DNA from: an uncultured Nitrososphaerota archaeon
GTDB lineage: Archaea; Thermoproteota; Nitrososphaeria; Nitrososphaerales; Nitrosopumilaceae
Length of the DNA stretch: 64,000 nucleotides
Direction: 5' to 3'
Assembly (NCBI GenBank): GCA_963824385.1
Contig: CAWGPD010000004.1
Span: 608,001-672,000 of the forward strand
Position numbers and translations under genes: made by a program. Within the stretch, counting starts at the first letter, position 1, and each line of letters opens with the position of its first letter. Shown here piece by piece: positions 55,151-64,000 of the stretch. The notes beneath the pieces are model-generated. The model saw only the letters and a list, made by a program, of their open reading frames with translations, made no database searches and was not told the DNA's origin.

Positions 55151-55962
55151 TTACCATGCAGTCCATCCTCCATCAACTATCAAATTACTTCCTGTCATGT
55201 ATGATGAGGCATCAGATGCTAGGAATAGTATTGGTCCTTCATAATCCTCTTTTTGAGCCATTCTTCCCAACATTGTTTTTTGAGAATAATTTTTCAAGAA
55301 ACTCGTACCTTTGTGTAAATTTTCATCAAAAACTCCACCAAGCGTAAGAGTGTTTACTCTTATGTTTTTTCCTTGCCAATAAGCTGCTAGATAACGAGTT
55401 AAATTTACCATTGCTCCCTTTGTGGCAGCGTAAAAGGCAGGAGAATTCAATCTACTGTTACCATAAATTCTTTGATCTGCTCCAACAATTCCATAGATGG
55501 ATGAGACATTAACAATTACTCCTTTTTTCTGACTGACATTATTTTACCAAATTCTTGACAACAAAGGAAGAGTCCACGCATGTTAGTCATTATTGTTTTA
55601 TCCCATAATTCTAATGGATATTCTTCAAACGGTGCATCTCTTTTAGGATGGTCACGTGGAACAAAATGCGCATTATTAATCAGAATATCAACTTTTTTGT
55701 AGTTTGTCGATATTTTTTTAATCAATTTTTTAATGTCGGATGCTTCGCTTATGTCAATTTGTAACGAGATTGGATTAGTACCATATTTAGCAATCAATTC
55801 TTTTTCTAGTTTTTTATTGTTGATCTTTTCAACATCTACTAAAACAACATCTGCTCCTGCTGCACTTAGTACATGTGCAAATCTAGTTCCAAGTCGTCCT
55901 GCAGAGCCAGTAAGAACGGCAGTTTTATTTTTTAAATTAAATAATTTGTTAATGTAATCCAT
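55151..55962 (-). CDS. SDR oxidoreductase (PtmA-like); frameshift near 55525
   Basis: [44 protein letters not shown]. Confidence 0.85.
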
Positions 55963-55963
55963 T

Positions 55964-56957
55964 TTATCTACCAACTACTTGTAATCTCCTAAGTTTTGAG
56001 GATTTTTTGATTGCAAGTGCAACTTTCAGTGTATAAGTCCCTTCCTTTAAATCATTTATGGTTTTCTTTCTCTTACGTATACAATCAACAAAATGGTGTA
56101 ATTCCTCAAGATAAGTCATGATTCATATCATAATTAGGCAATTTTAATTTTTTAGTCCAAGTTTTATTTTTTGTATTATAATATATAACATCATTAGTAG
56201 TCATATCCCAACTAAGTGTTCCTTTAGTACCAATTATTTTACAATTTCTTGCATTTGGGCTCTGGAAATAGTCAAGATGAGCTTCTCCAATTATATTATT
56301 TTTAAATCGTCAATAATATGGCTGACAAATCTTCTGCTTGTATGTTAAGATTACTAAATTTTCCAGTAATAGAATAGACTTCGTGAACATTTCCAAAAAA
56401 CCAGTATAGATAATCAATTTCATGAATACATGTAAGAACAACTCCGCCTCCCAAATCATCTCTTGCAGCATAACTTTTTTTATAATTTTCTGATGGATGC
56501 CAGTCAGGTAAAAAAGAACCATTCTCTACTCTAACTGAAATTATTCTTCCAAGTTTTCTGCTAGAAATAATTTCTTTCATCATCTGTTATAGAAGGATGG
56601 AATCTGAGATTACATCCAATCAGAGTTATTAGTTTATTTTTATTTGTTATATTCAATAATTCATTAATCCCTTTCAAAGAGTTTGAAAGTGGTTTTTCTA
56701 TGAATAGATGTATTCCAGCTTTTGCCAATTTCATTGCCGTTGCAATGTGAAGATGTGTTTCATTTGTTATTATAGCAAATTCTGGTTTTTCTTTTATACA
56801 ATCATCTAACGATTTAAACAGTTTACAATGTTTTTCTTTTAAAAAATTATCATATTTTCTTTTGCTACATACCAAGATTTCCATATTTGAGAACGAGGAT
56901 GAGATTTTCTATGTGACGCTTTCCAATAGAACCATAACCTACTACCAGAGCTTTCAA
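55964..56957 (-). CDS. Gfo/Idh/MocA oxidoreductase (PtmF-like); several frameshifts
   Basis: VVGYGSIGKRH, IEKPL, NLRFHP, LPDWHP..Y, GGGV....HEID, HLDY. Confidence 0.82.
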
Positions 56958-57186
56958 CACATTTCAAGTAGAAATGAATCGATATTAGTCTTATTTCTAT
57001 GAAGTATTTTTCAGATCATATCAGATCATCAGTCCACAAAATTTGCTAGAGAATCTGTCTAATGAGTTATGCAAGTATTTGAAAAATGACAGAAAATCAA
57101 ATCATAGTCAGAAACTTAAGGAAAAGTTATTATCTCTTGCCAAAAAAGTACAAATTAAGGGATTAGAAGAAATTCATGTTTGATTT

Positions 57187-58059
57187 ATGATAGACAAAAA
57201 AAATACCGCAACCATTAGCAAGGAATTAAAAAATAAAACAGTTCTAGTAACTGGAGGAGCAGGTAGTGTAGGTTCAGTTTTAGTAAAAAAGATTCTAGAA
57301 TTTCCAGTAAAGTCAGTCAGAGTTTTAGATATTGATGAACATGCATTATTCAAATTAAACCGTTCACTTAATGATCCAAGATTAAGATTGCTACTTGGAA
57401 GTATAACTGATAAAGACAGGATGGAGATGGCAGGCAATCAGGCGGATATCATATTACATCTTGCAGCAATAAAGAATATTGAAATTTCAGAATTCAATCC
57501 AATTGAAACTATTGATACCAATGTTCAAGGCATGATAAACTTACTTAAAATGTCAATAAGAAACAAGCCAAGAAAATTTTTGAATATCAGTACAGACAAA
57601 GCTGCCCAAGCTTCTACACTATATGGAACAACTAAACAGATTTGTGAGAGATTAACCAGTTGGGCAGGAGTTCACATAGGTGATACCAAATTTGCATCAG
57701 TACGTTTAGGAAACATCATGGAGACAAGAGGAAATGTATTTGAAATTTGGGATGAAGAAGTAAAAAATAACAAACCTCTATCCATTACACATCCATCTAT
57801 GGAGAGATATTTTTTCCATGTGGAAGAAGCAGTTGATTTTATCATAAAATGTATTCCACTTGTAAACCAAGGAGAGATTTTTGTTCCAAAGATGAAATCA
57901 TACAAAATTAAAGATTTAGCATCCAAGATTTCAAAGAAACATAGAATCATAGGATTAAGACAAGGAGAAAAATTAGAAGAAATACTTATCACAGAAGAGG
58001 AAAAAAAGATTGCTCAAGAAAAAGACAACATGTGGGTAATCCGCCAGTATTCTCGTTAA
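57187..58059 (+). CDS. UDP-GlcNAc 4,6-dehydratase-like (PseB/CapD, polysaccharide biosynthesis family)
   Basis: VTGGAGSVG, HLAA.K, ISTDKA, YG.TK, VR.GN..TRG, MERYF, GLR.GEKL.E. Confidence 0.88.
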   Translation: MIDKKNTATISKELKNKTVLVTGGAGSVGSVLVKKILEFPVKSVRVLDIDEHALFKLNRSLNDPRLRLLLGSITDKDRMEMAGNQADIILHLAAIKNIEISEFNPIETIDTNVQGMINLLKMSIRNKPRKFLNISTDKAAQASTLYGTTKQICERLTSWAGVHIGDTKFASVRLGNIMETRGNVFEIWDEEVKNNKPLSITHPSMERYFFHVEEAVDFIIKCIPLVNQGEIFVPKMKSYKIKDLASKISKKHRIIGLRQGEKLEEILITEEEKKIAQEKDNMWVIRQYSR

Positions 58060-58070
58060 AAAATTAGAAC

Positions 58071-59209
58071 TTATTTAGACTCAAAAAATTCAGATATTGA
58101 ATCAACAAGATATTCTTTTTCTTCCAGAGTCATGTTTGGATATAATGGAATTGTCAAAACTTGTTGTGATACTCTTTCAGTAACTGGCAAATCTTTAGAA
58201 TCTGTTGGGAATTTTTCTTTATAGAATTGTGTTAGATGTATTGGACTAAAATATACTCTAGAAAATATTTTTTTTCTAGTCAAATGTTCATGTAGTTCAT
58301 CACGAGTTTTAGAATCTGGCATTCTAATTGTATATAGCTGATAAATATGATCATAACCTGGCGGAGGATTAGGTACTTTAATTTGTGAAAATTTTGAGAG
58401 TCTTGATGAAATGTATTTGGCATTTTCCTGTCTCATTTTTATTATTTTATCTAGTTTATGCAGTTGAGAAATACCTAGAGCGGCAGTTAGTGTAGACATT
58501 CTCCAATTGTATCCTAGATACGTATACTGAGATTCAGAAGGATTATCAAAATAGGCAACTGTGTCAACTCTTCCATGAGAGCGTATCAGTTTTATTTTTT
58601 CATAAATTTCCTTTGAGTTGGTTACTATTGCACCTCCTTCACCTGTTGTCAAGACTTTATTTCCACAGAAACTAAAAATGGACAAGTCTGCAATTGAACC
58701 AACTTTTTTACCGTTAACTGAAGATCCTAAAGATTCTGCCGAATCATCAATCAATACAAGATTATTCTTTCTTGCAACTTCTTTTATTTCAAAAATATTA
58801 CAAGATGTTCCACCATAATCCATTGGAATTATACATTTTGTATTTTTATTAATTTTAGTCACAATTGAATTAGGATCTAATCCAAAAGTGGTTTCTTCAA
58901 TATCAGCAAAAGTTGGCTTGGCTCCTACAAAAAGAACAGAATTTGCAGTAGATATGAAAGAAAATGAAGGCACTATGATTTCATCATTCGGGCCAAATCC
59001 GTATGCTAAAGAGATGCATGTAATGCAGATGTTCCAGAGTTTAGAGCAAGACAATAATCAACACCTACATAATTTGAGATTGCTTTTTCAAATTCTTCAA
59101 TCTCAGGCCCTAATGCCCAACCACTTCCGCGTCTTACTATTTTTGTAATTATTGAAACATCTTCGTCATCACTGTATATCTTGTATAACGGAATTTTCCA
59201 TGATTCCAA
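58071..59209 (-). CDS. DegT/DnrJ/EryC1/StrS sugar aminotransferase; frameshift near 59020
   Basis: NSGTSALH, DDSAESLG, FSF..NK.LTTGEGG, GYNWRM, LTIPLYP. Confidence 0.88.
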
Positions 59210-59276
59210 TTTATTTTCCTCTTACTTGAAATAAAAATTCATTTCAGGATATAAATGACTCATAATAGTAGTCAGA

Positions 59277-60935
59277 TTAATTATTAGAGTGAACTTGAAT
59301 TCTTGGTTGTAGATCTTCTTTTGCCTTACAGACTTGACAGTATTTTTCCCATTTTTTACTATGATTCCATTGTGTCAATCCAGTCTTGTCATATTTTTCA
59401 TGAGCCATCTGTAACAATCTTCTAGTATCATGTTTGTACATGAATTGCTTTATTGCAAAAAGTTCAGGTATTGTAAAATATTGACTCACAGTTGCAGTAT
59501 ATTGTGTAGCATCACCACATTCAGTCATGAATTTGTCAAGTGCATCCCATTTCCATTGTTTTACTAATTCATTAGGAACTTGATATTTTCCATCCTTTAG
59601 TAACTTTAGTCTTTCATCATATTGTTGCAAGATGTAATCTTTGTTATCATAATATAATGGACTTCCAACATATGGTGTGCATATGAACGGATCAACTTCG
59701 ATCTCCATTTTGAATCCAGAAATCTAATGTTTCCATCAGATCATCAATGTTTTCATGAGGATTTCCTATCATGAATGTTGTAAGAGGTGTAAGATTAGCA
59801 TCTTTTACAGTATCAATAGTTTTTTGTAAATGAGTTCTAAGTTGTCCTTTTCTAATATCTTGATTCAGAACTTTATCTGATGCAGATTCAAATCCAAATG
59901 AAATGTATACACAACCAGCATCTTTCATTACTTTTACAATGTCAGGTTGTACTGCTACACTAGGAGCATCTCCAAGTGTTCCCCATTTTATTGTCTTATC
60001 CAATCCTTCATCCACATAAAGTTGACAGAATTCTCTAGTCCACTTTAGATTACTTGTCATATTTTCATCAAGAATAGAAATAAAATCAACATCAAATTTT
60101 TCTTTTAATAATTTTATATTATCTACTGCATATTTTGGAGAAGGCCATCTTGCAGGTAATTGAAAGTATCATTTTCTTTATCAACAATTCGAACTAATTT
60201 CTCTCCCTCTATACGATTTCCAGAACCATAAATATTCTGTAGATCACCTCGTGACATACCATTATGAGAACAGAATGTACATCCTCGTGGACATCCTCTT
60301 TCCCAAACCGTTGAAGATCTTCTTTTTGAATTAAAAGATTCAACAGATAACGGTAATGAAGAATATTTGAAATAGATATCAGTCTCCATCAAATCATAAG
60401 CAGGATAAGGAATCTCATCAAGATTAGAAATTAATGCCCTAGGTTTAGTGAATTTGAATGAATCTTTATCTCTCAAACATAATCCATTTACTTTTTCAAA
60501 ATCCTTAGAACCCTTGTCTATTTCATCATAAAGATCTGAAAATGTTTCTTCTCCTTCACCTATACAAATCATATCTAATTCAGGTACTAGATGAAGAATT
60601 TCATCTGGATTGTATGTACTCCATCCACCACCGCCAAGTAAAATGGAATCAGGAGAATATCGTCTAATCAGTGGAACAAGTTGTTTTATTCTAGAATAAG
60701 TGGTAGTTAAACCACCAATTCCAATTAAATCCCATTTTGCAAGAGATATTTCTTCTTGGATAACTTTGTTTGGAACAACTTTTCCACCATAATTATCTCT
60801 CATAGCATTTAGATCTAGTATTGCAACTTGTCCACCTTTTTTTTCTGCAATAGCTGCTAATATTCCAGCCCAAAATGGAAAATGATTAGGACCACTATCA
60901 ATTCTAACTTCTGGAACTACAAATAAGACCTTCAA
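59277..60935 (-). CDS. B12-binding radical SAM protein, copy B; frameshifts near 60155 and 59705
   Basis: Collinear with copy A: WERGCPRGCTFCSHNGMSRGD, KWGTLGDAPSVAVQP, TTFMIGNPHENIDDLMET, ECGDATQYTATVSQYFTIPELF. Confidence 0.88.
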
Positions 60936-60999
60936 TTTACAGTTATTTTAGCACGTAATTGTTATTTAAGTTAATGTCATAAATAATCAACTAGATTCT

Positions 61000-62129
61000 C
61001 TAGTTTTTGTATTTTTCAAGAAAGTTTTTCATGGTCATACATTTTATTCTGTCACCAAAAATTGAACCACCTTCTGTAGCATTTATTGTTGTTAACCAAG
61101 AAGGAGATCGTGAAATGAATTCTTTCAGCGCTTCACTATAGAATTGAAATAAAGGATCTAGGATACAATAACATTTGAATTCAGGATTGTAGACTTTTTT
61201 AAATAATTTTTTGAATGCTGGACTATTTTTATCAATTTCTACAGAAACTTCATTTCCAAAAACTCGTGGATCATTTTTTCTCCCATGTGTAATTATTGTT
61301 TCCCATGAATCATCTTCTTCCCAACCATGATTTATTCCGGTAAGAGTCACTGTAGAGTTTTTGAGAATTTGCCATGAAATGAACCAAGATGAGGTTCCTA
61401 CATTACCACCTGTTTGAATAGCTGGTAGACCGTCAAGATGAGTATTAGATCTTACCATTAGAGCAGATATGCTGTTAAATGATTTTTTTCCCTCACCATA
61501 ATCAAATAATGAGTGAAGCCAGTGTATCTTTATACCAGATTGTCTAGCTCGCTCAACTACAGTTGGATTAGAAATGGTACTAAATATTCCTCTAATTTTT
61601 TTACCATATTTATCAACAATTGGATCATCATAGAATTTTCTTGCCAAATGATAAGGATCTACTGTAACAACAAAATATTTTGGAAACTTGTCTGGAGTAA
61701 CACCTGCTTTTAGTGCATTAATTAAAGCACCATCACAACAAACTATTGAACCTTATAGTCACTATTGGCAATCAATTCCAAGTGTCCATGTTTTTTTAAT
61801 GATGGTCCTCTTCCAATCACTATTGCGGAATTATCGGTATGTGATTTTAGATTTGGAGTAGGATCAAGATCTCGTGCAGAAGATTCTTTCCAAATATTAC
61901 TCAAATTTAAGGCAAAATTTTTAACCCATTCATCAAATGATTCATAATGAAGTTTTTCCATTATGTTTTCTATTTCACTTTGTGATGTTTTTTTCACAGA
62001 TTGAGTTAGTAAATGATCAAACCATTCATCCCAAGATTTGTCACTAAAACCATCATTTTGTTTAAAAGAAGATAATTTTTTCAGAGTAGTCTCGTTTATT
62101 GATAATTCATCTTTATCAGACATGCTCAT
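61000..62129 (-). CDS. DUF115/Maf (MptE-like) family protein, copy B; frameshifts near 61745 and 61650
   Basis: IVIGRGPSL, CCDGALINALKAG.TPDKFPKY, GLPAIQTGGNVGT, NATEGG. Confidence 0.85.
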
Positions 62130-62159
62130 AAAATGACGTGTTTTGTTTAATTTCTTTTC

Positions 62160-62344
62160 TTATAATTGTTCTAAACCAAGCTCATCATCTTGTTTAGTAG
62201 ATCTATATACCATGAATGATCCTTTAGCACCAGATTTTATTATGAAATCTTCAAATTCTGAACGAGATATTTCCTTATTTTACTAGAATTTTCCATCGGT
62301 TGTTTTTCTTTATCAGTATTGGAAATCTTGAAGTTTGCTTTCAT
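62160..62344 (-). CDS. Small peptide, copy B (~61 aa); one missing A near 62280
   Basis: Rejoined MKANFKISNTDKEKQPMENSSKNKEISRSEFEDFIIKSGAKGSFMVYRSTKQDDELGLEQL*; CTTAAATA TATA-like box upstream. Confidence 0.75.
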
Positions 62345-62468
62345 TATTTAATATAGAGTATAAGGATATTTAAGAATGTAGTTAGAGATCTGAATTTTTA
62401 ATCAGTTATTTGTCTATTTGTTTTGTAACCCATTTTTGTAGATTCTTAAGCACGGGTATTTTTAAGGA

Positions 62469-63989
62469 TCACATTGTGTGTTCCATTGTTATACTGCCAA
62501 ACTCATTTTCCATCGTACTATAAGATTCAGCATGTGTTGCAGGACTGTATATTGTAAACCAACCAAAACCTTCTCCAAGAAACTTTTCTACATCAGGAAA
62601 TATTTCATTGAGATATCTTCCATTTCTAATTTCTAATGGGTTAATTGTAATTTCCATATGTTTATCATTAATACTTGAATAAAGTCTAACAGTAACAGGA
62701 GTTCTGATTATGTCAACATCTTGGAATACCTTGTATTGTTGAAGCATTATTTGCGATTTTATTTTATTGTTATAAGCACAAATTCCCCAGAAAAAATGCT
62801 TTGGTGGAACTTCTTCATGATTAAATCCAACACATGCCTCTGAAGGAATTCTTGAATTGGAGACACGTAATGCAGTATGAAACCTATTTTGAATTTGACC
62901 TTGAATCTTTTCAAATGTAAATAAATCAGAATCATCACATTGAATTGGAATTACCTTGGGACTTTTTTCATCAAAAAATACAGTATTTTTTGATAGTGAC
63001 GTTGCAGCATATTTCCCTTCAACACAATCTGGATATATAATAACAGATTGTTTCGAATTTTGAACCAGAGGAACAACCATAAATGCTTTTTTTCCAACTC
63101 CAAGTATTCCAGTTGAATGCTTTGATAAATTAAAAAATGAGTGAGTCAATTGCAGATCGGTTCCATCATGATTTTGATTTATGGTAATCATCCTTGGAAA
63201 AGCACCCTTATTGAGATGAAAAGAATATGATGAATATCCTATTTCACCATCAAGAAAATTAAACAAATCTGGAAAATGATCTTTTAATCTTATTTTTACT
63301 GTTTCATAAGGATTAAGTTCATGAAGTTCAATAATTTTTTCTTTTTTCTGTCCTTTAGTATTAACAATTGAAACAATCAATTTTTGTTTGGGACATGACA
63401 AGATTCCATTATGAAATATCGCAAATGATTCGTCAGTTTCATTCATTAAGGCGGTATAACAACTCTCTTCCGCCTTTGCAAGTACTTTATTTTCTTCAAT
63501 TTCGTGTTGTGAATACGTCCTCCCATAAGTATGAACCATTGAAATACCATATTTTGTTTGATATACTGCAATAATTCCAGCATATGGAATTACCATGTGC
63601 TGAATTGAAAGGGCTTCAATCTCAATACTTCCCTCAAAATTATCATCTGTTACTTCTGGAGAATAATTGATCACATTAGAATTACTAAATGTTAAAACAT
63701 CACGATTTACCAATGAACCATCCATTTTTCTTAACGATGCAACTATTGTAACATTCAGATCTCTTTTTATTTTCCAATAATTTAGCATGCTTATTGTAGT
63801 TTTCATATTAGAGTTCTTTTTAAAATAAAATATTCCAGAAGAGCGAAATACATAACCATGATCATGTGTGTTGTATTTTATTTCAATTTTTTTAGAATTC
63901 ATTCCTAATTCAGCATCTTTTTCTCTAATGGCTTCATCTACTTCAGAATTTTTTTGAAATATATCTTTAACCTTACTTAAAAGTGCCAT
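62469..63989 (-). CDS. Hypothetical protein (506 aa) with internal repeats
   Basis: Long intact ORF; no family recognised. Confidence 0.7.
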   Translation of the reverse strand: MALLSKVKDIFQKNSEVDEAIREKDAELGMNSKKIEIKYNTHDHGYVFRSSGIFYFKKNSNMKTTISMLNYWKIKRDLNVTIVASLRKMDGSLVNRDVLTFSNSNVINYSPEVTDDNFEGSIEIEALSIQHMVIPYAGIIAVYQTKYGISMVHTYGRTYSQHEIEENKVLAKAEESCYTALMNETDESFAIFHNGILSCPKQKLIVSIVNTKGQKKEKIIELHELNPYETVKIRLKDHFPDLFNFLDGEIGYSSYSFHLNKGAFPRMITINQNHDGTDLQLTHSFFNLSKHSTGILGVGKKAFMVVPLVQNSKQSVIIYPDCVEGKYAATSLSKNTVFFDEKSPKVIPIQCDDSDLFTFEKIQGQIQNRFHTALRVSNSRIPSEACVGFNHEEVPPKHFFWGICAYNNKIKSQIMLQQYKVFQDVDIIRTPVTVRLYSSINDKHMEITINPLEIRNGRYLNEIFPDVEKFLGEGFGWFTIYSPATHAESYSTMENEFGSITMEHTM

Positions 63990-64000
63990 AATTGTATTTC

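Noticed and set aside
56989..57183. Open frame before the dehydratase gene, with a tcagatcata/tcagatcatc tandem 10-mer
   Set aside because: No clear start or recognisable motif; could be a gene remnant but is unsupported
37223..62344. Cassette copies as terminal repeats of a mobile element or an assembly duplicate
   Set aside because: The copies differ at many codons and residues; no transposase, integrase or att site seen
534..63574. Numerous short antisense or nested ORFs in the track (e.g. 8933-9331, 17215-17538, 37851-38174)
   Set aside because: Shadows of well-supported genes, with no motifs of their own
1..64000. CRISPR array, rRNA or tRNA introns
   Set aside because: No regularly spaced repeats, no long GC-rich RNA-like region, and all three tRNAs are of normal length

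Overview
AT-rich archaeal DNA with the gene content of an ammonia-oxidising thaumarchaeon (Nitrososphaerota; inferred from the Rieske/cytochrome b/cupredoxin complex III cluster, type 1 IDI in the mevalonate cluster and small conserved hypothetical genes). Bases 1-36200 are mostly core genome: isoprenoid lipid genes, gltX, tRNA-modification genes (taw1, kae1, bud32, tgtA), three tRNAs, complex III, a large surface subtilase and F420-related genes. Bases 36300-64000 are a surface-glycosylation island (nonulosonic-acid pathway enzymes, methyltransferases, GDP-mannose dehydratase). About 30 genes, including essential ones, carry single-base frameshifts. These are most likely assembly errors, so I rejoined split genes by eye. 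Main leads: (1) a three-gene cassette present twice in the island, consisting of a ~60-aa peptide with a conserved C-terminal half (hidden by frameshifts), a Maf/DUF115 protein with an RHH-like N-terminus, and a B12-binding radical SAM enzyme, which may be a peptide- or glycan-modification system; (2) a membrane protein with two copies of the AmoC/PmoC-type D-x3-H-x12-H metal-site motif; (3) a DUF59-PqqD/RRE fusion. All functional calls come from motif recognition only; no searches were run.
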